From Mobula hypostoma (taxonomy: Eukaryota): a stretch of 64,000 nucleotides of DNA. Below are positions 12,771 through 23,763 of this stretch, in pieces (the stretch's first letter is position 1; each line of letters begins with the position of its first letter). The notes beneath the pieces were generated by a model, which worked only from the letters and a program-made list of their open reading frames with translations, made no database searches and was not told the origin of the DNA. The stretch spans positions 7,874,001-7,938,000 of the forward strand of contig NC_086125.1 in the NCBI RefSeq assembly GCF_963921235.1, read 5' to 3'. A program made the position numbers and the translations under genes.

Positions 12771-13995
12771 CTGCAAGACACACAAGAAGTTCACTGCAGT
12801 TCAGCTTGCAGTGGTAAATTCTGATGGACGGAGCTGGAGACTGGCCAGGTCACACATCTGGGGGACCTTTATACCTAATCCACCACTTAATGGTCACGTC
12901 CTTCATTCTTCAGAATGTTTTCCCTAATTTTCAGTTTCTCACCCTGTCTGGTGCTCCAGCCACAAGTAGTGGTACATACAACATCATGCACTTATTAATT
13001 GATCTCAATATCACCTTAATTTGAATCTTGTTTTAGCATCGCAGACGAGACTTAAATTTCCTCTTTCTGACTTTAAGCCAACTTTTACTCCTTAGTCCAA
13101 CTGAGCAGAATATTCCATGAGCCGCTTTCACTCACCACACTTCAATATGGGACTATGTCAAACACAGTGTGAAAATCCTTAAGAGGATATCACTCAATTT
13201 CATCAAAGCCCGCTATTACTTCATCAAAGAACTCAATTTCATCTACAAACCCTGTTGGTTATTTTATAAACTCAACTGTCTTCATGCCCCTTTAAGTATT
13301 CCCATATTAATGTTTCCAACATATTCCCCATCACTGCCACTATAGTGATGGACCAGCAGCTGCTGATGACCTCCTCATGACCTCTGTGCCATTCTCCACC
13401 TCTCCTGCACCTTCCCTAGTCGAGGAGGATTGAGAGATTATGTCAAGCCCTTTTACAGTCTCCATCCTTCTGCAGTTCAGATGCACCCTCTCTGCACCAG
13501 ATGAGTTACAAACTTCTAGCATGGTTATCTTGCTAATAACTTCCCATTCATATTTACCCGCCCATTCTCATTCTTCCCTCTGCTTTCTCTGAGTGTTGGC
13601 ATCATATTCTCCCTTGGTAAAGAGTGAACAAAGTATTCATTCCATATTCCATTCCCTCTGCCTGTAGGCACGGATCACTTTCATGCTTTCTGAGTGATAA
13701 CAGTCCACCTTCACTACGCACACATGATTTACACATCTGCAGAGATTTCAATTCCTTTATTGTGTTAACTGTTACATCTTGTTTTCTGCTCCTAAAGTAA
13801 GTCTCAATCCCACTTCCTCCGTTGGAGTAGCCAGTTCGTGACTACAACCTCTGTTCCATAAAGATCACTCTTGGTTGCACTTTACTAAAATGATCAGAAG
13901 GCAGCATGTTAATACTGTATTTATTTTCAACAGAATATTTCAGTTCAAACTATTCCCAAAATCAGGTGTAAATTTATTGTTAAAATGGAACTCAC

Positions 13996-14307
13996 AGTAA
14001 ATTTGCAGAGTCACAGATGCATTTGCGATTTGTTTGGTTGTGTTAGAGTCCAAGTTCAACTCTGCCAAGCAGGTGTACACCATTCCATCGTCTGAAATAC
14101 TTGCATTGAAATGAAGGACATTCTTCAATGGACCATCTTCTGGGAAACCTGGGTCCTCTGTGGAAATATTTGCTATAGTCTCATTCTCTCTGAGCCAGGT
14201 GAGTACGAGTTTGTTCTTTGGATAGACCTTCAGGCCAGTACACTCTAGCTGATATGGTTTGTTAACTTCCAGCACTTCAGGAGGTGGAACAATGCTTAAG
14301 TTTCGAT
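13996..14307 (-). CDS. Copy A exon 3 (Ig domain D2)
   Basis: Acceptor tctcctttgacag|AT and donor TACT|gtgagt; 312 bp. Encodes LEVNKPYQLECTGLKVYPKNKLVLTWLR..DDGMVYTCLAEL..TLQIY. Confidence 0.9.
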
Positions 14308-14828
14308 CTGTCAAAGGAGAATCATGATTGGCAAAATTCTAAATCAAAAATCAACTCAACAACCAATGTGCCTGTGGATCTTCCTACCATGTGACGTTCC
14401 CAGTCTGATGAATCTCTTCAGTCTGCACCAAAAGAAATCCATTCATCTGTCAGAGCAAACTATGGCTCTGTCACCGTGAGACTCACCTCTGAATGTCCAT
14501 TAACCCACTAATCCTGTGAATCAGCACATTGGTCCAAGACTATGGCGTGTGAAACAGCAACACACGTTTCCTGACCTGAGACTCTCTATAGAATTTCTGT
14601 AAAATTGTCTCTGTTCAATATCAATCCCTGAACATGTCTCAGACTGTGAACTCATTGTGGGGGAGTGAAGTGTAAATCTATTTCCCAGCAGGCAGTGCTC
14701 TACCTCACCTGGTACACAACAGCATCGTTCTGCATAATGTTTTCAAGTGATACATATCTTATGTTGCTGCCTTTCGTCTGGTTATACTCTGCTCTGGGAT
14801 GTATTTGGAACAAAGAGATTTCACTTAC

Positions 14829-15104
14829 TGTACACTGGGACCACCCATTTGTCCTCCTTCACTTCATGGTTTTCAGATCCACAGATTACAGTACAGGGCA
14901 CTGTGAAATCCCATGTCTGGACACTTGGAAATTGGTCTGTAATCCATTTATCACCGCAAGTTCTGTTGGGATTTATCCCTGGTTTATATTCCAGAATCGT
15001 CACTGGGTTGTTACACGTTGTACTGCAGGTCACCTCCAGAGAGTGTCCAAATTCCACCACTGGGGGGTTTGTTTTGATCGATACCTCAAATCCCTTCAGT
15101 TTAT
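14829..15104 (-). CDS. Copy A exon 2 (Ig domain D1, ICAM-type with two CxxxC motifs)
   Basis: Acceptor tctctggcag|AT and donor TACA|gtaagt; 276 bp. Encodes FEVSI..VEFGHSLEVTCSTTCNNP..LEYK..PCTVIC..VPVY. Confidence 0.92.
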
Positions 15105-15189
15105 CTGCCAGAGACACATAGCGAAATGGAATCTGTTCAGTGAAGTGTTGTGTGCAGTTCAATCTCAGCTGAGAATGGATATACTTACC

Positions 15190-15460
15190 GTTCAGACAGT
15201 GAGGGGACGGTTCACCAGACTGATTCCGGAGGTGGCAGGACGGGCGTATGAAGAGAGATTGAGTCACTGTGGCCCACTTACACGAAGGTTTGGAAGATTT
15301 AGTGAAGATTGAATCAAATATATGACATTTTGACAGATCTTGAGAAGTTGGATGCAGGAGATATACTTTCCCTGGCTGAGGAGAGTAAACAAGGGTTTGC
15401 AGATTCGAGATGCAGGTGGATGTGTGGAGAAAAATCTTCACACAATCGTAGTGAAGGGCA
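15190..15460 (+). mobile_element. Old CR1 3' fragment in intron 1, shared with copy B (46260-46530)
   Basis: RRFTRLIP..YEERL remnant at the same distance from the D1 acceptor in both copies. Confidence 0.7.
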
Positions 15461-15849
15461 CCTAGTCTATGCGGTTAGTTTCCTGTCTATTTCCACATAA
15501 TATAAATGTTTGTCACCGTAATTTTGGCCTTTTGTGTTCAAACAGAAGGAATATTTTCAAGTCAGGAAGACATTAAATGTCACTCTGTTCTAACATGGGT
15601 GACTCTGATTTGACTCCTCCCTAAGGTCTGATTTGCAGAGACCTGCCAAATTGCAGTTTCAGGATGGAGGGATCGAGCTGTGGAGAAAAATTTTCAGACA
15701 GATGTAGAGAAAGGTCAAGTCACTGAATGTATTGAAGAAGGGTGGGGTAGAAATTGAGACAACAGTGACACATGGAGTTATTCAGAGAACACGGGGCACC
15801 TGTTGTTCAACACTCAGAATTAAAGATTGTTTTAATATCATTTTCTGTA

Positions 15850-16960
15850 AACAAGTGTAGAGGGGAACAAAGTAGTTGTTAGTTCGGATCCAATGCAGGT
15901 GAAAAAAAACAAGCGATAAAAACACAGTAATAATTAAAACACAATAAATATAAATATGTAAGATAGCTTACTGAATATATATCCATTGATTGTATGTCCA
16001 TAAATTGATTCAGAAGGTGACTGACAAATAATAATAAAGAGGTGGTGGAATTACTGGGTGGAGGTGTTGATCAGCCTTACTGCTTGGGTAAGTATCTGTT
16101 TTTGAGTCTGATAGTCCTGGTGTATGGATGCTACGTAGACTCCTCCCTGATGGGAGTGGGACAAACAGTCCATGAGCAGGGTGGGTGAGATCCTTCAAGA
16201 TGCTACTGGCCCTTTTCTGGCACCTCAGGTGGTGTGGCCGGTGCAATGGACAGCCCTGACTATCTGTTGTAGGGCCTCCCTGTCCGTCATGGTACAGTTT
16301 TTGTACTATGCACTGATAAAGTTTGACAGGATGCTCTCTACTACTCATCTGTAGAATGCTATTAGCCTGGATGTACAAAGCTCAGCTCTCTTTCACCTCC
16401 TCAGAAAGTAGAGGTGTTGATGCGCATTCGTGACTGTGGAGGAAGTGGTTGTGGGACCACGACAGGTTATCAGTGATGAACACTCCCAGGAGTTTGAAAC
16501 CAATCGCAGTTTCCACCACTGTGCCACTGATGTAGTAAGAGGTGTGAGTGGTGTGAGTTCTCCTGAAGTCCATAACTATCTCCTTTGTCTTGTTGACATT
16601 AAGGATGAGTTTATTTTCCTGATACCCGTCCTTGAGTTCTTCGACCCCCTTTCTGTAGGTCATCTCATCGTTGTTGGTGATGAGTCCCACCACTGTTGTG
16701 TTGTCGGTGAACTTGACATTGTGATTGCTCGGGTGTTTGTCCGTGAAGTCATGTGTGAGCAGAGTGTACAGCAATGGGCTCACCCTGGGGGTGGTGGGGT
16801 GGGGGGAGATCGGCTGTGTTGAGGACGATAGTGAAGGAGGAATGTTTGTGCACTCAGACTCTCTGATATCTGTTCGTTAGGAAGTCCAACACCCCGTTGC
16901 ACAGTGGTGTATTTAGACCGAGGTTTGTTCACCACGGTCTGGGGGCCAATGATTTCTATT
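15850..16960 (-). mobile_element. Rex/Babar-type LINE 3' RT fragment
   Basis: ORF 16382-16783 reads LLYTLLTHD..VKFTDNTTVVGLITNNDE..LNVNKTKEIVMDFRR. The C-terminal HPAHGLFVPLPSGR motif is in ORF 16010-16378. Confidence 0.82.
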
Positions 16961-17464
16961 TGCACACAATATGAATGTCTGTCAGTATAAGCATGCCCCC
17001 TTTCACGTTAAAACAGAAGAAATAAATAAATAAATAGGCCGAATTGTATCTGGGATCATTTGAATCTTGGCGGCTGATCCGCAATTTCACGTTCAGACGG
17101 GGAGTCGGAATGGATCACCAAGAATCACGAGGTCTGTAACACATCAGCCCGTGTCCAGTCCTCAATACTGAACATGGGGGCAGAGAGCAGTAACCGTGAA
17201 ACAAAATGTCACTCTTCCCACATCATGGGCAAAACGACATGTGCAATTCACAACGTGTGAAATTGTTTGAAAGCCCGTCCATGAATTGTGTAAATATTCA
17301 ATCGGTGCCCATTTTTCCATTTTTCTCTCTCCAGCCATTCCGCAGTTGAGGCACAAATCAATGTGAAATTTCTCTTTTCGTTCTGCCAAGCCAAAGACAA
17401 CGAAGGAAAACGAGAAACGAGCAACGGTTCGCAGAATAAAGCGCACGTTGTAAAAATGCAGTTA

Positions 17465-17680
17465 CTTACACGAGAATATCTGCAGATGCTGGAAATCCAA
17501 GCAACCTCTTCCTATAGATGCTGCTTGGCCTGCTGCGTTCACCAGCAACTTTGATGTATGTTGCTTGAATTTCCAGCATCTGCAGAATTCCTGTTGTTTG
17601 AGCTCAGCAGGTGAGCCAGCATCTATAGAAAAGAGTCAACAGTCGACGTTTCGGGCCGAGACCCTTCATCAGGACCTGTG
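17465..17680. mobile_element. Penelope-type terminal repeat fragments in inverted arrangement
   Basis: TCTGCAGATGCTGGAAAT..CAAGCAAC at about 17478 and its reverse complement at about 17560. The GACGTTTCGGGCCGAGACCCTTC motif resembles the Penelope end at about 60400-60490. Confidence 0.65.
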
Positions 17681-17779
17681 CTTTGTGTGTGTGGCACAGA
17701 TACTAAGTACAGTTATCGGATTCTCTGTGAGTCCGCGTAAATACGTGTATATTGAATGTTTTTAAATCATTTTACCTAC

Positions 17780-17846
17780 CTGTTACGATAAAGAGTAAAG
17801 TGAAAAAGAAAATTGATTCGCCCAGTGAAATCGGCCTGAAATCCAT
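17780..17846 (-). CDS. Copy A exon 1 (signal peptide MDFRPISLGESIFFFTLLFIVT)
   Basis: ATG at 17846, 67 bp, donor ACAG|gtaggt, phase 1 joining D1 in frame. It has a hydrophobic core and is homologous in length, sequence and donor to copy B exon 1. Confidence 0.82.
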
Positions 17847-18334
17847 AGCTTTCGAAATTGCCGACAGGATAGGTTGTTTTGCCGAAACCCTCAGTCTTTG
17901 ATAAACGCCAGAAAGCTCCCGAAGAGAAATCTGTTTCTCACGACTGAATAAGAGCGTCTCTATAGTCTCAGTGAGAACACGAAGCTCCAACGCTTCGAGG
18001 AAGTTCGGTCAAGTGATAATATACGGAAATGCCTGGTCTTACAAGCACCTGCAGATCTCCAGCTCACATTCAGACTGTCATTGTGAAAGTTCTGTGAACT
18101 CGGACAATTTCCACAAGGTCTTCAACTTTCTTCCGAAACCTCAGCTCTCAGACTCTCCAAAATCATCGGCTCAGCTTCAGTTTGTCGGAGAGTTTTCCTC
18201 CCGCTTTGCTTCTTCATCCCCGTCACTGAACCGAGTCCAGCCTAAAGGCAGAAGCCATTGAGCTGACATAATGCGTGGTCTGATCCACCTCAGTTCCTAA
18301 CCCTCCTCGCAATGAGTGGGTGTTCGTGCCGGGT

Positions 18335-18660
18335 CCATAGGACCATTAGACAGAGGAACAGAATTAGACCTTTCGGCCCATCGACTCAGCTCAGAAATTT
18401 CATCATGGCTAATAAATTTCCCTCTCACCCCCATTCTCTTGCCTTCTCCCCGTGACTCATCAAGAACCTATCTGTCTCTGCTTTAACTTTGCCCAATCAC
18501 TTCGCCTCCATCGTCGCCAATGGCAGAGAATTCCACAGATTGACCACGCTCTGGCTAAAGAAATTCTTTCTCATCTCCGTTCTAAATGGACGTCCCTCTA
18601 TTCTGAGGCTGTATCCTCTGATCTTAGACTCCCCCAGCATTGGAAATATCCTCTGCACAT
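18335..18660 (-). mobile_element. CR1 3' fragment
   Basis: ORF 18497-18727 reads FPMLGESKIRGYSLRIEGRPFRTEMRKNFFSQSVVNLWNSLP. Confidence 0.75.
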
Positions 18661-18869
18661 TCCTCCTCTGTGTGTGTTGCTTCACAAAGTTCCACCACCA
18701 GCTCCCTCCTCTACACTCCCTGCACACTCATGGCATGTGGCCAGATCCTGCCGAACCTGGTGTTATAAGAATATTAATTAATACCCTAGTATGATAAGTT
18801 GAACCGTATTTCACCCCTTTATGATCTTATACCCTATTTAATCTTCTGTACCACTCTCTCTGGTAGTAC

Positions 18870-19302
18870 CTTTGATGTCTGGCATGCTGCTCCCTACTAG
18901 ACAGGGTGGACGGGCATCACTGGTCCTCATCCATCTCCCAAATCTCTCACGTGTTGGCTCCAAGCGCCATAGCCCGGTAGACCGCTTCAGCTGGCGGGCT
19001 AAACCACGTGAGGGGGTGGTGTTAACACGACACCACTGGGCAAGTGACTTTCATGATGAAGTCGCCGGCCTGGACGGAAAGGTTCTCAGATGAACTATAA
19101 CGGCCACGTGTTCACGACCAAGGCGAGCCACCTAGTTGGAGGAAATCGGCTGTGGACAAACCTGGAGAGGGATGGGCTCCGCCAGGTTTCTGATGCCCAA
19201 GACACGCCGCATGACGAGCACACCAAAAAGCTGGTGCAAAGCTCGTCACGACGGTGCCCCGATGACTCCACCAGGAGTTAAGGGCGCAAGAAGAAGAAGA
19301 AG
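18870..19302 (+). mobile_element. LINE 3' fragment ending in an (AAG)n tail, clade uncertain (possibly RTE-like)
   Basis: Ends in AAGAAGAAGAAG at about 19289-19300; only a decayed LQLAG-like remnant upstream. Confidence 0.35.
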
Positions 19303-20505
19303 GAGACACTTTCTCTGTCGCTGTTTCCTTTATTCTCCATTCAGATATTGTTTTACCATGTGCTCCCTCAATGCACTATGCACTGGTCTGTTCTGTTTGA
19401 GCAGTGTCTTGGGTTGACTGCGGCAGACTCTGGGCGTCCCTCATTAGCGTCACTGACCATCGCAGAACCCACAGGAAAGAGTGGAAGCAACTTGTCCACA
19501 GCCCCAGGAGTAGTCAGAGAAGAAAGATCTGTGTAATGTCCCGTAAATACATTGCATGAATTAATACCAGCAAAAGGGAGGAGGTTATCATTGTAATTGT
19601 GTAAAGGAGAATATTCCTTCCATCTTCATACCTTGCCCCATGCAGAACTGCCCAGTGCACCTGGCTGCCAACTCCCAATGGTGAAGGGAATTCGTGGCAG
19701 GTGGAGGACATTTGGCTCCTCAGACCAGGCTGATGGTCTTCCTTTGCTCCACCCTACCACACTGTGTCAACACTGCGAAGCATTACAAGAGCTTCCGATC
19801 CATGCCTTTCCACGATGTGAGTGCTGAACATCAAGAGCTGTCGGGCACTGGAAATGAGACTGATGGGTGGAGTAAGCATCAGCCCATCAAAAGGCAGCCA
19901 CATTGTTGAGTTGACCCAGTTAGTCTCAGAACAAATTCCAGGTTTAATCGAGGCAGGGAGTCAAAAGCTGGATTCGTTGTTAACTTCATTTAATTTTTGT
20001 CCATCCTTAATTTGCCTTGAGAGTGTGGTGGTCAGGCAGCTCTTTGCGCTGCTGTAATCCTTTGGCAAAGATTTCCTCCCAGACTTCTAAAGCAGGTTCT
20101 CGCAGTAATGATGGACAATGGCAGTGGGTTCCCATGTCAAGATGGTCTTTGACACGGGGAGAATCTGAAGGAGGTGAAGTTCCAAGGTACCTACTTGTAC
20201 CTATACCACAGCAGTTGGCATGAAACGCTGTTTTACGACATCATTACTTCTGACCCTTGATAAACCCTACAAATATTAGTCAGACAGTAGCAATATAATT
20301 CATATGTACCCAAAAGTAGCATTACTCGAAGATGGACTAGTAGAACACAGAAACAGGCCTCTTGGTCTAGGTCTTATCACCTGGGATAAAGTCTCTGACT
20401 ACACACCACTTCTCTTCTGTGATACACTAGAGAAAACAATTTAACTTTATTTGTTTATTTTAAATACTTTTAGAGATATAGCGTGAAGCAGGCTCTTTCA
20501 AATCA

Positions 20506-22103
20506 TGTCATGGTCCGGATCGGAGTCCCTTTAAATTTACCTTGTTTATGTTACGATCCGGACCGTTGATTCCCTGTTTTCCCGTGTCCCTCGACTTTGG
20601 TGATTAGAGGCAATTAACGCTCGGCTGAACCGGAAGTTTACAGGCTCCGGCTTTCAGCCGTTCGGTGTGGGGGCGTTTGTAAAGTCACGGTGTGTCAATG
20701 TTATCTGGCTGGAGCAAACCTGGTCTCTGCCCGAAGCGAGTGCCGGTGCTTCGCCTTTCCTCACCGGAGCAACCCTGTCCAGTTACCTCGCCGAAGCGAG
20801 CCTGCAAACTTTCCTCTTCAAGGTGGGTCCGTCGGTTAACCCGCTGGAGAGAATCAAGAGCCGCTGTCTACTGTTCCCGGGCCGAGTCGAGAGCTCGACA
20901 CTACCCGGAGGTTCCAAGCACCACGCCCTGGCGCCGGCGGCATCCGAGGCCCACGCCCTGGCGCCGGCGGCATCCGAGGCCCACGCCCTGGCGCCGGCGG
21001 CATCCGAGGCCCACGCCCTGGCGCCGGCGGCATCCGAGGCCCACGCCCTGGCGCCGGCGGCATCCGAGGCCCACGCCCTGGCGCCGGCGGCATCCGAGGC
21101 CCACGCCCTGGCGCCGGCGGCATCCGAGGCCCACGCCCTGGCGCCGGCGGCATCCGAGGCCCACGCCCTGGCGCCGGCGGCATCCGAGGCCCACGCCCTG
21201 GCGCCGGCGGCATCCGAGGCCCACGCCCTGGCGCCGGCGGCATCCGAGGCCCACGCCCTGGCGCCGGCGGCATCCGAGGCCCACGCCCTGGCGCCGGCGG
21301 CATCCGAGGCCCACGCCCACGGTACCATGTCAAATCCTGGCCCTGGCGGCTTCCCAGTTCTGAGTCTAGTCCTGGCCCTGGTGGTCTGTGATTCATGTCC
21401 CACCTCCTTGTCAGAATCCCTTCTGCCCCTCTTGCCTCTAGCCCTCATCTGCAGCCCCTGCCTGCACTTTGGTCTAGTTCCATCACTGGGGCTAGATAGG
21501 TACTGTTTGGTGTTCATTCGTGTTGGTCTTGTCTTGTCCTTGCCTCTGTGGGGTAAGTCAGGCTGTCTTGCTGTTGCCCTGTGGGGAGTCATGTTTTGTC
21601 CTGTCCTTGCCTCCGTGGGGTAAGTCTGGCTGTCTTGCAGTTGCCCTGCAGAGGGTCATGAGTCCTGGCCCTATGTCCTGTACCCAAGGAGGGGTCCCAG
21701 CTCTCTGTTCTGTGTATCTGTCCATGGTTCCATGTACCTGTTCTCCTGAGACCGAGGCTCTGTTTTCCATGTTCCTCCTCTACCTAGCCCATGTCATGTC
21801 CATGCCTGGTTCTGGGGGTCTGAGCCTGAGGCAAGACCCAGGTACTGGGTCCTTGCCCAGCCTCTGGCTCGGAGTCCATACCCCAGCCTCTTCATGTCTC
21901 CTCTAGTTCTGGGAGCCTATTCCGAGTCCTAGCCTAGACCCCTGGCCCCAGCCTAGTCGTAGTCCTCAGTCCTGGTCCAGTTCGCTACTCCTGCTCCTGC
22001 CTAGTTCGCCTGATATCAAACCATAAACTAAATCTAAGTAACCTCTCAAGATGTGTCTTGCATTTGGGTCCACCCTTGTTCCCAATACCCTGCCAATGTG
22101 ACA
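20506..22103 (+). mobile_element. Solo LTR-like element (TGTCA...TGACA, 1.6 kb) with internal tandem repeats
   Basis: TG..CA termini. It shares the TGCATTTGGGTCC 3' motif and the GGGGTAAGTCAGGCTGTCTT repeats with the element at 44258-45788. No TSD seen. Confidence 0.7.
20921..21318. repeat. Perfect 30-bp minisatellite (CATCCGAGGCCCACGCCCTGGCGCCGGCGG), about 13 copies
   Basis: 12 identical full units at 20941-21300 plus partial flanking units. The unit is 25/30 G+C with 5 CpG. Confidence 0.97.
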
Positions 22104-22110
22104 GATAAAT

Positions 22111-22328
22111 GAGCCACACCACCCAGCAACCCACTTTTTTAACATGAGCCTAATCCCAGGATAATTTTAAATGACCAATTAACCTACTAACTGGTACGTC
22201 TTTGGACTGTGTTAGGAAATTGGAGCATCTGGAGGAAACCAAGGCAGTCATAGGGAGAACACAGTGCTGGAATTGAAATCCAAAGTCTAACACCTGAAGC
22301 TGTAATACTGTCGTGCTAACTGCTACAC
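22111..22328 (-). mobile_element. tRNA-derived HE1-like SINE, decayed
   Basis: GTCTTTGGACTGTG..GAGGAAACC core, similar to the copies at 50230-50465 and 58098-58367. Confidence 0.65.
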
Positions 22329-23383
22329 CTGTTGGTCCATTCTCTCCTTACAGGTAATACACTCCAATCTAGGCATCATCCTGGTAAACCTGTTCTGTGC
22401 CCTCTCTCTCCAAAGCCTTCAAATAACTGCACACAATATTCCAAATGTGGCCAAACCAAAGTTTAATACAGCTGCAACATGATTTCCCAATCTTTATACT
22501 CAATGCCCTAAATAATGGCAGCAACAGGAGAATCTCGAGGAGTTTTACAGGTGTATTGGAAGCAAGATGGTAGGAGTCAAAAAAGGTTATGTGCAATCAA
22601 GGACAATGGAGGGCATTTGGTCACAAAGGCAAGAGAAATGGATAAGGTCCTCAGTGAGAACTTTTCATTGATGCTTACCAGAGAGAAGATCATAGATGAT
22701 GGTAAGATTAAGGGGGAGTATGTTGATTTGGAAAAGGATAGACTTTAGTGATGGTCAGCCTGGCTTTCTCATGGAGAGGTTCCTGCTCACAAGCTTGCCT
22801 GGATTTTTTGAGGGAGTGATGCAGATAATTTGTGATGGTTCTCGAAATGCCCTCTATCGTCCAGAATTGGACCAACACTTTTGATTCACAATGCACCTAT
22901 AAAATGCCTTGAGATTCTCCTTAATCCTACTTGGCAAGGACACTTCTTGGCCCTTTGTATTTCTCCACATTCCTGGTCAATTTCTTTCCTACTTCCTTTA
23001 TTTTCTCAAGGGCTTTGTCTGATTTCAGCTTCTTAAACATTGCTTATGCACCCTTTATTTTTCACTATACATTCAATAACTCTTGTCACTCATGCTCACC
23101 GATGCTTCCTATGTTTTACATTTCACCCACACAAGGACATGCACGCCCTGAACTCTAATCAATTGGCCTATAAAACACACTCATCTCTGGACAGGACTAT
23201 AATTAAATACATAGTACTTCATGAGAACAGGAAAAGATGCACATTATTTTTGTCAGCACTTTTTACTGTCACAGTAAAGACAATACATAATACAAAGTAA
23301 CCAACTTCTGCATCAAATATTTTCAACTTTTGCAAGTTCCTCAGAGAAGCTTATCAAAAAGCACAGATGTCTAAAGAAGCATG

Positions 23384-23763
23384 TAAGCCTGAGGACCGGA
23401 AGCAGTTTAGGAAGCAGGGATATTGACCAAGATAAGATAAGGAGGGAGTATTTAGAACAAAGACGAAGATACAAGAAATGCGATATTGACATTAAGGATA
23501 TTATCAGAATGAGCTATTCAAGTGCAAAAAGATTTGTCTGTTTTATCAACTACACAAAAGAATTTGAGAAAGTGAAGCACAATAAGTTATTTGAAATATT
23601 ACAGGAAACTCTAGATCTAGATTCGAAAGACCTCTGCCTAATCAGAAATCTGTACTGGAAACAAACACTGATGTCCCAAGAATCTATAAGCCTGAGGACT
23701 GGAAGCAGCTTTGGAAGTAGGGATATTGACCAAGAAAAGATAAAGAGGGAGTATTTAGAACAA
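23384..23763 (+). repeat. 77-bp direct repeats (23384-23460, 23687-23763) bracketing an RTE-type RT fragment
   Basis: 71/77 identity by eye. The interior encodes FVCFINYTKEFEKVKHNKLFEIL..DLCLIRNLYWKQT (ORF 23509-23769). Confidence 0.75.

Larger units (their letters stand above)
17040..18330. promoter_or_regulatory. CpG-rich region spanning the copy A promoter, exon 1 and the start of intron 1
   Basis: Visibly high CpG density compared with the CpG-poor flanks, and it contains the copy A start codon. Confidence 0.5.

Noticed and set aside
14665-15312. 215-aa plus-strand ORF (and similar ones at 45918-46381 and 41709-41945)
   Set aside because: These are antisense shadows of the Ig exons.
17162-17446. 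ORF with a signal-peptide-like start (MRFILRTVARFSFSFVVFGLAE)
   Set aside because: It begins at GTG inside intron 1. The real signal exon at 17780-17846 has a homolog in copy B and a proper donor.
20921-21318. CRISPR-like array
   Set aside because: The units are contiguous and identical with no spacers, and the context is eukaryotic.
20667-21623. Long ORFs in several frames (318, 269, 223, 180, 139 aa)
   Set aside because: They arise because the 30-bp GC-rich unit has no stop codons; there are no splice or homology cues.
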